A stretch of DNA of 38,410 nucleotides, from positions 1 through 38,410 of IMG/VR virus record IMGVR_UViG_3300031965_001178. The stretch is one strand, 5' to 3'. This document shows, in pieces, positions 8,533 to 16,792 of this stretch. Both the position numbers and the translations under genes were made by a program. The stretch is from a virus (taxonomy: Duplodnaviria > Caudoviricetes). The notes under the pieces are model-generated. The model did no database searches, was not told the origin of the DNA, and was given only the letters and a program-made list of their open reading frames with translations. Numbering within the stretch: position 1 is the first letter of the stretch; the number at the start of each line of letters is the position of its first letter.

Positions 8533-9125
8533 GCCGCGCCGCCTCGAGCCGCCAGATCGGCGCCATCCACGCGCTCAAGAACCGGGCCGGACTCGACGAC
8601 GAGTGCTACCGCGATCTCGTCGAGGCGGAGACCGGAAAGCGGTCGTCGAAGGAGCTGACGATCGCGGAGGCCGTGCGCGTGATCGACCGCCTCAAGGGGC
8701 TTTCGGGCGGCGCTCGAAGGGGGATCGACGATGCTTCGAACGATGGCGCGCTCGCCCGTGTCGGGCTCGACGGCCCCTACGCCAAGAAGCTCCAGGCTCT
8801 GTGGATCTCGGCCTGGCATCTGGGCCTCGCGGCGAGCCGTCGAGACGCGGCGCTCCTCGCCTTCGTCAGGCGCCAGACCGGGATCGACCATACGAGATGG
8901 CTGCGCGAGGCAAAGGATGCGGCGCGGGCGATCGAGGGTCTCAAGGCCTGGCTGGCGCGCGAGCGCGGCGTCAGGTGGTCCGACCATCCGAACCACCCGC
9001 AACTCGCCGTGGTCGAGGCGCAGGAGCGATATCTCGGCGTTCCGTCCCCGCTCCACCGCAAGCGGGGGTCACTGAAGGCGCGGATGATGGAACTCGGCGA
9101 GGTCATCCGCGGGAGGCGCGCATGA
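8529..9125 (+). CDS. gemA: GemA-like (DUF1018, Mu gp16) regulatory protein
   Basis: QIGAIHALKNRAGLDDECYRDLV...TGKRSSKELT, KLQALWIS, ALLAFVRRQTG and IEGLKAW motifs. Confidence 0.88.
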   Translation: MSRAASSRQIGAIHALKNRAGLDDECYRDLVEAETGKRSSKELTIAEAVRVIDRLKGLSGGARRGIDDASNDGALARVGLDGPYAKKLQALWISAWHLGLAASRRDAALLAFVRRQTGIDHTRWLREAKDAARAIEGLKAWLARERGVRWSDHPNHPQLAVVEAQERYLGVPSPLHRKRGSLKARMMELGEVIRGRRA

Positions 9126-9358
9126 GACCGCCGGCGGCGCTCCTCACCAACGAGGATTTCCTCGCCCAGCAGTCGATCCTGATGAAGCGCATCCGGCTCG
9201 CTGAGGCGACCCGGCAGTCGCCGGCGGCGGACGAGGCGAAGCTCGCGCGTCTCGTCACCGGCCAGCTCCAGGCCGAAGTGAGGGCGGAGCGCGCCAGGAT
9301 GCGCGACGAGCGCAGGCGCGATCCCCGCCAGATCGTCGCGTTCGCGGATGTGCCTTGA
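9122..9358 (+). CDS. Hypothetical protein (78 aa)
   Basis: ATGA overlap with gemA and a GGAGG RBS; helical sequence. Confidence 0.6.
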   Translation: MRPPAALLTNEDFLAQQSILMKRIRLAEATRQSPAADEAKLARLVTGQLQAEVRAERARMRDERRRDPRQIVAFADVP

Positions 9359-9606
9359 TGGCCCGGCGCACGCCTTCACGACTGAGGTCGTGCCGCATCC
9401 ACGTGTCGGCTGGCGACATGGCGGTCCTGGCGCAGGCGTATTGCGCGCGGCACGGCGAGCATCTGAGCGACGGATACCGGCTGACGCTGTCATCCACCGC
9501 CTGGCTCCGAAGCGATGGCCAGCTCACCGTTCGGTTCGTCTATCGCCGCCGGCGCGGAGAACGCGGGGCGACGATAACCTATACCCTCAGGGGGCTCACG
9601 GCCTGA
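9358..9606 (+). CDS. Hypothetical protein (82 aa)
   Basis: TGATG coupling at both ends. Confidence 0.55.
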   Translation: MARRTPSRLRSCRIHVSAGDMAVLAQAYCARHGEHLSDGYRLTLSSTAWLRSDGQLTVRFVYRRRRGERGATITYTLRGLTA

Positions 9607-10064
9607 TGACCGACGCGGCGACGAGGCAGACCGGCGAGGGACGCTACTCGTGGCTTCCGGAGGTGCTGGCGGAGATCGCCGGCGTCTGCGGCCTCGACTC
9701 GGCGCTGGCGCTCGCCCGGGCGCGGGGCGGAACACGGGTGTACATCCCCGCGAGCGCTGACCGCGATCATTGGCTGGTCCGGGCGGTCGGGCAACCGGCC
9801 GCGGACGCGATCTGCCGACACTACCGAATCCGAGATGGAAACTGCGGGTGCTGGGTCATGCTGCCGCTCGGCCCGAGAGGCGCGCTGGTCGAGATCAGGG
9901 CCATGGTCGACCGCATGATCGCGGAGGGCAGGCCGAGCTCCGAGATCGCCATGGCGTCGGGCTATTCGCTGCGCGGAGTCGAGCGTCGCCGCGCCAGATT
10001 TCGCACGGCCGAGACCTCCGCCGGGCGAAAGAAACAACCATCGGCGCAGCGCGAGCTGTTCTAG
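9606..10064 (+). CDS. Mor/C-like late transcription activator
   Basis: LPEVLAEIAGVCGLDSALALARARGGTRVYIP and a C-terminal HTH (SSEIAMASGYSLRGVERRR); last gene before the lysis operon. Confidence 0.8.
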   Translation: MTDAATRQTGEGRYSWLPEVLAEIAGVCGLDSALALARARGGTRVYIPASADRDHWLVRAVGQPAADAICRHYRIRDGNCGCWVMLPLGPRGALVEIRAMVDRMIAEGRPSSEIAMASGYSLRGVERRRARFRTAETSAGRKKQPSAQRELF

Positions 10065-10179
10065 CCCGGACTGCTCACGCCGTCACGAGGCGTCATCGCG
10101 CCCGGGCGGCGCCGGTCCGGCAGGACAACTCCGAAAAGCGTAGCCGTTCCCACGGTCGAGGACTGCGACCAACCGGATA

Positions 10180-10224
10180 GCGAAAACGGTCGGGGCCAAG
10201 CACCGCCACCGGCGCCTCTATGGT
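10180..10224 (+). promoter_or_regulatory. Putative activator-dependent late promoter (lysis/packaging operon)
   Basis: GCGAAAACGGTCGGGGCCAAGCA, then 16 nt, then TATGGT. The same motif and spacing occur at 19465-19509. Confidence 0.7.
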
Positions 10225-10252
10225 CGGGGCGGATCGACCAGCACGGCGCCCG

Positions 10253-11191
10253 ATGACCGACAGCATCACCCAGCACGTTTCGTCGAGGGGCATCGCGTAC
10301 CACAAGCGGGTCGAGGGCGAGGTGCTCAGGGCTTATCGCTGTCCTGGAGGGCGCTGGACGGTGGGCTCCGGGCTCACGGCGGCGAGCGGCGTCATCAGGC
10401 CCCACGCCGGCATGGTGATCACGGCCGATGAGGCCGACCGGCTGCTCAGGCTGGCGCTGGCAAAGACCTATGAGCCTCGGGTCGCGCGCGTCCTCGGCCA
10501 GGCGCCGCCGCACGCCTTCGACGGGGCCTCGTCGTTCGACTTCAACACCGGGGCGATTCACCGGGCGAGCTGGGTCGGGCGCTATTTCGCCCGCGACTGG
10601 CCGGGCGTCCGCGCGCGCCTCGCCCTCTGGAACAAGGGCGGCGGCCGGGTTCTGCCTGGCCTCGAGAGGCGGCGGCGCGAAGAAGCGGACATCATCATCG
10701 ACAACCGCTGGCCCGAGGACCTCGCCATCGACCCGCGGCCGGCGGTCGACCCAGACGCGACCTTCGCAATCTTCGTCCTCTCGATGAGCGGCGCGGAAAT
10801 CCGGAATGTCCGGGAGGCGCTGCGCGATCTCGGATTCGAACCGGGCAATGCCCCCGGCCGCGTGCTCAGGACGACGGTGACGGAGTTCCAGACCGCATAC
10901 GGCCTCACCGTCGACGGGCTGATCGGGCGGGCGACCCTGTCGACCCTTCAGCGCGAGATCGACGCCAGGCGCAAAGCGCGGCGGACCGGGATCGGCGCCG
11001 CCGGCGGCGGCGCCGCCACCGGCGTCAACGAGGCCGGGCCGCAAGAGGCGATCACCATGTGGATCGGCATCGGCCTCCTGACCGCGGCGCTGATCGCCGC
11101 GGCGTGGCTGGCCTGGCACTACCGCGACCTGATCGCGGCGCGCGTCGCCGCGGGCCGGCCGCGGCTGGCGGCGTGGCTGCGGAGCTTCTGA
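10253..11191 (+). CDS. Endolysin: GH24 lysozyme, peptidoglycan-binding domain and C-terminal TM helix
   Basis: E-x8-C-x5-T triad (EGEVLRAYRCPGGRWT), GLERRRREEA, FQTAYGLTVDGLIGRAT and a hydrophobic tail. Confidence 0.9.
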   Translation: MTDSITQHVSSRGIAYHKRVEGEVLRAYRCPGGRWTVGSGLTAASGVIRPHAGMVITADEADRLLRLALAKTYEPRVARVLGQAPPHAFDGASSFDFNTGAIHRASWVGRYFARDWPGVRARLALWNKGGGRVLPGLERRRREEADIIIDNRWPEDLAIDPRPAVDPDATFAIFVLSMSGAEIRNVREALRDLGFEPGNAPGRVLRTTVTEFQTAYGLTVDGLIGRATLSTLQREIDARRKARRTGIGAAGGGAATGVNEAGPQEAITMWIGIGLLTAALIAAAWLAWHYRDLIAARVAAGRPRLAAWLRSF

Positions 11192-11203
11192 AGGAGAAAG
11201 ACC

Positions 11204-11371
11204 ATGGCGACTGCACTGATGCTCGCGGCCGGAGCCGGCTTCATCGCCGGCGTCGTCTTCCGCGACCGGACCCGGGCCGGCGCCCGGCTCGCCGCCCTCA
11301 TCGCCGCCATCGCCGGCGGCATCGGCGCCGCGCTCGAATATGTCGGGCCCTGGTTCGTGAGCATGTGCTGA
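11204..11371 (+). CDS. 55-aa two-TM membrane protein (lysis accessory candidate), absent from the ORF track
   Basis: AAGGAGA RBS; MATALMLAAGAGFIAGVVFRDRTRAGARLAALIAAIAGGIGAALEYVGPWFVSMC; TGATG coupled to the holin. Confidence 0.7.
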   Translation: MATALMLAAGAGFIAGVVFRDRTRAGARLAALIAAIAGGIGAALEYVGPWFVSMC

Positions 11372-11889
11372 TGGGCCCGCTCGCGACCATTCTGGCGCCG
11401 GTCCTGATCCGCCAGGGCATCTCCATCCTCGGCACCCTCGTCGGTGGCCGCGCCGGCGCCGTCGTCGAGCGGGCGGGACAGGCGGTGATGGACGAGCTCG
11501 GCGCCAGGACGCCCGAGGAGGCGGCGGCGAGGATCGAGACCGATCCCGCGGCCGTCGCCCAGCTCCGCGCGCTCGAGGAGGACCGGATCGGCGAGTGGCT
11601 CGCGCTCGCCCGGGTCGAGGCCGAGCAAGCGGCGCTGCTCGCCAGGCAGGAAGTCGAGCGCGGCGCCTTTTCGTGGGCCTGGCGCCCGGCGATGTCCTGG
11701 CTCGTGATCGGCATCGTCGCCAACCAGTTCCTGATCGCGCCGTTCGTCAAGGCCATCGGCGGCGGCGACGCGCTGATGGCGCCGCACGAGCACGTGCTCG
11801 GCATCGCCGGCATCTGGCTGACCATCTATGGGGGCGGCCACACCTTCAAGGCGATCTTCGGCGGTCGGTTCGCAAAGCCGGGGGCGTGA
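11371..11889 (+). CDS. Holin, 3TM GTA-release type
   Basis: WAWRPAMSWLVI and IYGGGHTFK motifs; located next to the endolysin. Confidence 0.8.
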   Translation: MGPLATILAPVLIRQGISILGTLVGGRAGAVVERAGQAVMDELGARTPEEAAARIETDPAAVAQLRALEEDRIGEWLALARVEAEQAALLARQEVERGAFSWAWRPAMSWLVIGIVANQFLIAPFVKAIGGGDALMAPHEHVLGIAGIWLTIYGGGHTFKAIFGGRFAKPGA

Positions 11890-11890
11890 C

Positions 11891-12256
11891 ATGGGTGCCG
11901 TGGGCCGAATCCTCGCGGCCATCCTCGCCGGCGCCGCCGGGCTCGGCGGACTGTGGCTTCTCGCCGGCCTCGCCGCCAGCCCGGCGCCCGCGGCCGAAGT
12001 CATCCTGTTCGAGGCGATCTGCGACTCAAGGAAGGCCGTCGAGCGGCGCATCCGCGCGCTCCTCGGGGATGGCGCCCGGGGCATGATCGGCGCCGCCGAC
12101 GGCGAGGACGGCATGGCCGCCCGGCTCGACCTCGCGCCGGACGGCCGGTGGGTGTTCTGGGTCTTCGGCGCAAACGGCAGCGCCTGCATCATCGGCGGCG
12201 GCGAGGGGATGGCTCCTGCCCGGACATTGGCGCCGGCGGGTGAGCCGGGGGCGTGA
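11891..12256 (+). CDS. Secreted or periplasmic protein with a signal peptide and two Cys
   Basis: Hydrophobic N-terminus ending APAA; C..R..V and GRW...SACIIGGGEG pattern. Confidence 0.65.
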   Translation: MGAVGRILAAILAGAAGLGGLWLLAGLAASPAPAAEVILFEAICDSRKAVERRIRALLGDGARGMIGAADGEDGMAARLDLAPDGRWVFWVFGANGSACIIGGGEGMAPARTLAPAGEPGA

Positions 12257-12585
12257 TGCTGGGCGAGATCGGCACCGTCCTCGGCATCGCATCGACCGTC
12301 GTCGCGCTGTCGAGCGCGCTGTACACCTGGCTGACTTCCAGGTCCAAGGCCAACGCCGACACGATCGAGGCGCTGAAGGATGAGCACACGACCCTGCGCG
12401 AGCGGGTGCAGAAGCTGGAAAGCGAGATCATTCACCTGCCGGACAAGGACAGCGTCCACCGGCTGGAGCTGCACGTCACCGAGATGTCCGGCTCGATCGG
12501 CCGGATCGAGGAGCAGTTCAAGGGCGTCAGCCGAACGGTCAACCGCATCGACGACTTTCTGATGAAGGCGGGTGGGCGAACATGA
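12253..12585 (+). CDS. DUF2730 family protein (Mu gp25-like; TM plus coiled coil)
   Basis: N-terminal TM, HLPDKDSVHRLEL...G...RIDDFL motif, Mu synteny. Confidence 0.8.
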   Translation: MMLGEIGTVLGIASTVVALSSALYTWLTSRSKANADTIEALKDEHTTLRERVQKLESEIIHLPDKDSVHRLELHVTEMSGSIGRIEEQFKGVSRTVNRIDDFLMKAGGRT

Positions 12586-12878
12586 GCTTCCGCGAGTATG
12601 CCGAGCGCGACGCCCGGCTCGTCATCCTGCGCGCGCTCGCCGAGGAGCACGATTATCGGCTCAACGAGAGGCTGATCGGCATCGCGCTCGAAACCTACGG
12701 CCACAACTGGTCGCGCGAGCGGGTGCGCGCGGAGATCGGGTTCCTCGAGGAACTGGGCGCGGTGACCAGAACGGATATCTCCGGCTTCATGGTCGCGACC
12801 ATCACCAGGCGCGGCCTCGATCACGTCGAGCGCAAGACCCAGATCGAGGGAGTGGCGCGCCCGTCGCCAGAGGCCTGA
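12582..12878 (+). CDS. Mu gp26-like winged-helix protein
   Basis: DARLVILRALAE...ATITRRGLDHVE...EGVARPSP; Mu synteny. Confidence 0.8.
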   Translation: MSFREYAERDARLVILRALAEEHDYRLNERLIGIALETYGHNWSRERVRAEIGFLEELGAVTRTDISGFMVATITRRGLDHVERKTQIEGVARPSPEA

Positions 12879-12881
12879 TCG

Positions 12882-13505
12882 GTGGCCGAGCCCGGCAGAG
12901 CGCAGGAGGCGAGGAGCGCCCGCGAGGGCGCGACGGGGACGAGGCGAAAAGGCCGCGGCCGGCTCTCGTCAATCGATCTCCTGCCCGAGGAAGCCGGCCC
13001 GATCGTCAGATGGGCGTTGGCGGAGCTGAGGGACCGCAACCGGCACCAGACCGACATCCATGCCGAGTTCAACGAGCGCCTCGCCGAAATCGGGCTGGGC
13101 CCCATCTCGTTCTCTGCGTTCAACCGGAAGTCTCTGCGCATCGCCGCCCATGCCCGCATTCGTGAGGAAACCCGCGAGATTGCCTCGGTGATCAACGAAC
13201 GGCGCGAGCCGGGCGAGTCGGACGACCTCACCGTGCTCGTGTCCGAATCGATCAAAATCGTGGTCTTCGAGCTGATCGAGGCCGCCGAGGGCGGCCGGAT
13301 CGACCCCAGGGCGGTGATGGAGGCGTCGCGCGCGCTCCACTACGCGGTCCAGGCGCAGAAGATCTCGGCGGGCGAGCGCGCCCGGCTGGAGGCCGACTGG
13401 AACGCGAAGGCGGCGAAGGCGGTCGACGCGGTTGGCAAGGCCAAGGGCCTGTCGGCGGAGACGGTGGGCCAGATCAAGGCGCAGATTCTGGGAGTCGAGC
13501 CGTGA
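12882..13505 (+). CDS. DUF3486 / Mu gp27-like protein (putative small terminase)
   Basis: GRGRLSSIDLLPEE, ISFSAFNR and the C-terminal GLSAETVGQIKAQILGV. Confidence 0.85.
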   Translation: MAEPGRAQEARSAREGATGTRRKGRGRLSSIDLLPEEAGPIVRWALAELRDRNRHQTDIHAEFNERLAEIGLGPISFSAFNRKSLRIAAHARIREETREIASVINERREPGESDDLTVLVSESIKIVVFELIEAAEGGRIDPRAVMEASRALHYAVQAQKISAGERARLEADWNAKAAKAVDAVGKAKGLSAETVGQIKAQILGVEP

Positions 13506-14527
13506 GCCGGCGCTGGGACTGGAGGGCGAGCTACGAGCGACGCTACGGACCGCTGCCCGAATGCATGGGCGGGCCGGCCGCGGTCGAAAAAGCCGGCGGG
13601 GGGGGCATGGCGTCTGAGGCGGCCCCCACAACCGAGGCAGTAACAATTCCCGAGGAGAGGTCCGGTACGGCTCGCGAGGCCCCCGGCACCCGAGGGGACG
13701 CGGGTCCGGTGGAGTCTGTTGTCGCGGATGCCGGGCCAGACGTGGGGGTTCAGCCCGCCTTTCCGCATACCGAAGGGGGCGGCGCGCGGCCGGCGCCGCC
13801 CCCGCCATCGGCGCCCGTCCACGGCGTGGGCGACGACGAGATCGGCGCATGGGGGCACGAGCCGGTCGTCGCCTCCAATGGTGCCAGCGAATATGACGCC
13901 GACGCGCCGATCGATCTCGAAATCAGGCCGCCCCGGAAGTGGCCGGCGGACCGAACGGCTCGGTTGCGATGGCTGGCGGAACAGGAGCGGTTTACCGCCT
14001 CGATGATCGCCGACGAGCTGGGAATGCCGCGCAACAGCGTCATCGGCAAATGCGCGCGCGAGGGCATCCGGCTCGACGGCAGGCCGCGAGCGGCGAGGAC
14101 GAGGTCGTGGCCTCGCGAACGGATCGACCGGCTGCGCGAGATCGCGGGAGCGGGCGGCTCGCAGGCCGGGGCGGCGCGCGCGCTCGGCGTGTCGCCGGCG
14201 AGCGCCGGCTGGCAGGCAAGAAAGCACGGCATCGTCTTCGGGGACGGACGGAAGTCCGCCTCCGGCTGGATGCCGGGCTCGACGCCCAAACGCAAGCCCT
14301 CCGGCATCACGCTGCGCATGACCACGGCGCCGCGGCCGGACGACGCGCCGCGGCCGAAGCCGCGGGCCGAGGTGCCGGACACGCTCACCGGCGAGGAGCG
14401 GCGCCGGATCGCCGGGCTCGCGAAGCGCGGCCTCGGCCTCACCGCCATCGCGGCGATCATGAGAAAGCCCTACGCCGAGATCGACCAGGCGCTCGACCGG
14501 CTCGGCCTCAACCGGGTTGCGGCATGA
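13502..14527 (+). CDS. Multi-HTH protein with GcrA-like N-domain repeats
   Basis: WPADRTARLRWLAEQERFTASMIADELGMPRNSVIGKCAREGI resembles the GcrA motif W...SASQIA...RNAVIGKVHRLGL. A second similar unit and a third HTH follow. The N-terminus is low complexity and the start is uncertain. Confidence 0.7.
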   Translation: MSRRWDWRASYERRYGPLPECMGGPAAVEKAGGGGMASEAAPTTEAVTIPEERSGTAREAPGTRGDAGPVESVVADAGPDVGVQPAFPHTEGGGARPAPPPPSAPVHGVGDDEIGAWGHEPVVASNGASEYDADAPIDLEIRPPRKWPADRTARLRWLAEQERFTASMIADELGMPRNSVIGKCAREGIRLDGRPRAARTRSWPRERIDRLREIAGAGGSQAGAARALGVSPASAGWQARKHGIVFGDGRKSASGWMPGSTPKRKPSGITLRMTTAPRPDDAPRPKPRAEVPDTLTGEERRRIAGLAKRGLGLTAIAAIMRKPYAEIDQALDRLGLNRVAA

Positions 14528-14787
14528 GCGGCAAGGCGCCGGCCGGAACCCTCACCCTCGCGGTCGACGAGTGCTGGGTGATCCGCGCCACCGGCGGCTC
14601 CTCTCCGGTCTATTTCATGGCCCACCGCACCTGGAACCAGTCCGCGGCCGGCGCCACCATCTTCCGCGAGATGGAGGCGGCCGAGCAGGAGATCGCGCGC
14701 GCCCGCGGCCTCGGCTTCATCGAGCCGTGGATGGTGCTCGACGCGGTGCCGCTCGCCGGCGCGCTGCGGGCGGAGGCCGACGCATGA
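14524..14787 (+). CDS. Hypothetical protein (87 aa)
   Basis: ATGA overlaps at both ends; high GC3 codon usage. Confidence 0.65.
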   Translation: MSGKAPAGTLTLAVDECWVIRATGGSSPVYFMAHRTWNQSAAGATIFREMEAAEQEIARARGLGFIEPWMVLDAVPLAGALRAEADA

Positions 14788-16448
14788 GCGAGCAGGGTCC
14801 GGTCACCGCCGCAGAGTGGGCGCGCCATCGCCGCGAGACGACGCAGGCGCTGCCGGCGCCGCTCGTGGGCATGGACCTGCCGGCGATCCTCCTGCCCTAC
14901 CAGGCCGAGCGGCTGAGAGCGACCGCGGCCTCGCCGCTGGTGGTCGACGAGAAGTCGCGCCGGATCGGCGCGACCTGGGGGATCGCCTCGGACGCTGTCC
15001 TCACCTCCGGCGCCAGAAAGTCGGCCGGCGGGATGGACACGCTCTATATCGGCTACAATCTCGACATGGCGCGCGAGTTCATCGACGCCGCCGCCATGTG
15101 GGCCAAGGCGTTCGTCCCGGCGTGCTCGGAGGTCGACGAATACCTGTTCACCGAGGACGACGAGAGCGGCGACAAGCGCGCGATCGCCGCCTTCCGCATC
15201 ACCTTCGCGGCGGGCTTCGAGATCGTGGCGCTGTCATCGCGGCCCCGCTCGCTTCGCGGTCGCCAGGGCTACGTGATCCTCGACGAGTTCGCCTTCCATG
15301 ACGACGCGCCGGCGCTCCTCAAGGCGGCGATGGCGTTCCTGATCTGGGGCGGCAGGGTGCTGGTGATCTCGACCCACAATGGCGAGGACAATCCGTTCAA
15401 CGAGCTGGTCCAGGAGGTGCGCGCCGGCCGCCGGCCCGGAAAGGTCGTTCGAACGACCTTCGACGACGCGTTGAAAGAGGGCCTTTACCAGCGCATCTGC
15501 CTCGTCACCGGCCGGACATGGTCGCCGGAGGCGGAAGCCGAGTGGCGATCCGAGATCCGCGACTTCTACGGGTCGGACGCGGCCGAGGAGCTCGACTGCA
15601 TTCCCTCGCAGGGCTCTGGCGTCTATCTCACCGGCGCGCTGATCGAGGCGTGCATGACGCCCGACGCAGCCGTCATCCGCCTCGCGTGCCCGGACGGCTT
15701 CGATCTCCGGCCCGACGCCGAGCGCGCCTCGTGGGTCGAGGCGTGGCTCGAGCAGCAGATCGACCCGGTCCTGGACCGGCTCGACCCGAACCTCCGCCAC
15801 CACTACGGCTTCGACTTCGCGAGGTCCGGTCACCTTTCGGTCTTCGTTCCCCTCGCCGAGGGCCGCGATCTCGTGCTGCGCGCGCCGTTCGTCCTGGAGC
15901 TCCGCAACGTTCCGTTCCGCCAGCAGGAGCAGATCGTGTTTTATGTGGTGGGGCGCCTGCCGCGGTTCGGCAACGGCAAGCACGACGCGCGCGGCAACGG
16001 CCAGTATCTCGCCGAGACCGCGGTCCAGAAATTCGGCGGCGAGCGGATCGAGGCGGTGATGATGACACAGGGCTGGTATCTGGAGAACGGGCCGCCGATG
16101 CGGGCGCGTTTCGAGGACCGGACGATCCTGCTGCCGCGCGACGCAGACGTCAAATCCGACCTGCGCCAGATCCGGCAGGCGCGCGGCGTGCCGATGGTGC
16201 CGGACAAGGCGGAGACACGGGGCTCGGACGGCGGCAAGCGCCACGGCGACGCCGCGGTCGCAATCATGCTCGCGGTGGCCGCGGCCGAGGCCGATGTCGC
16301 CGACTACGGCTATCAGGGTCTCGGCGCCGGAGGCGCGGCAGCCGGCCGGCGCGACTGGCGCCGGCCGCACGACGATGACGACGACCGCGGCGCCGGCGCC
16401 GGCTGGTGGCGCGCTCCGCTCGGCGGCGGGCTGAGGGGGGGTGTGTGA
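14784..16448 (+). CDS. terL: Terminase large subunit (Mu gp28-like)
   Basis: LLPYQ, EKSRRIGATW, LRGRQG..ILDEFAFH, ISTHNG, GFDFARSG and HGDAAVA motifs. Confidence 0.95.
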   Translation: MSEQGPVTAAEWARHRRETTQALPAPLVGMDLPAILLPYQAERLRATAASPLVVDEKSRRIGATWGIASDAVLTSGARKSAGGMDTLYIGYNLDMAREFIDAAAMWAKAFVPACSEVDEYLFTEDDESGDKRAIAAFRITFAAGFEIVALSSRPRSLRGRQGYVILDEFAFHDDAPALLKAAMAFLIWGGRVLVISTHNGEDNPFNELVQEVRAGRRPGKVVRTTFDDALKEGLYQRICLVTGRTWSPEAEAEWRSEIRDFYGSDAAEELDCIPSQGSGVYLTGALIEACMTPDAAVIRLACPDGFDLRPDAERASWVEAWLEQQIDPVLDRLDPNLRHHYGFDFARSGHLSVFVPLAEGRDLVLRAPFVLELRNVPFRQQEQIVFYVVGRLPRFGNGKHDARGNGQYLAETAVQKFGGERIEAVMMTQGWYLENGPPMRARFEDRTILLPRDADVKSDLRQIRQARGVPMVPDKAETRGSDGGKRHGDAAVAIMLAVAAAEADVADYGYQGLGAGGAAAGRRDWRRPHDDDDDRGAGAGWWRAPLGGGLRGGV

Positions 16449-16792
16449 TGCCGGGCGATCGCATCCCCTGCATCAATCCACGCTGCCGACGCACGGCGCC
16501 CGCCGGACGATATGCGCCGGGGACGGAGATCATCTGCGGCAAGTGTCTCAGGGCCCTGCCGAAGGAGCTACGCGACCGGTTCCGTTTGATCAGGCGGAGT
16601 CTGCGGACCCTTGAACGCAGAGTCCGGCGGGCGGTCGCGCAAGGCAGGTTCACGCCCGAGGGTGGCGATGTGATGATCGGGCGGGGTTTGCGCCGACAGG
16701 ACGAGACCTGGGCTCGGATTAAGGCGTACTACGAGACACCTGACAAACCCGTTGGTCTCGACGCGCACCTCGAAGAAATAGGGCTCCTGTAA
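16448..16792 (+). CDS. Small Zn-finger-like basic protein inserted between terL and portal
   Basis: CINPRC...CGKC motif; coupled by TGATG and TAATG overlaps; atypical codons (CTA, AGA, ATA, TTG). Confidence 0.7.
   Translation: MPGDRIPCINPRCRRTAPAGRYAPGTEIICGKCLRALPKELRDRFRLIRRSLRTLERRVRRAVAQGRFTPEGGDVMIGRGLRRQDETWARIKAYYETPDKPVGLDAHLEEIGLL

Noticed and set aside
13560-13800. Possible ribozyme or tRNA remnant in the low-complexity 5' part of the GcrA-like gene
   Set aside because: No hammerhead core (CTGANGA...GAAA) or tRNA T-loop could be identified by eye; an Infernal search would be needed.
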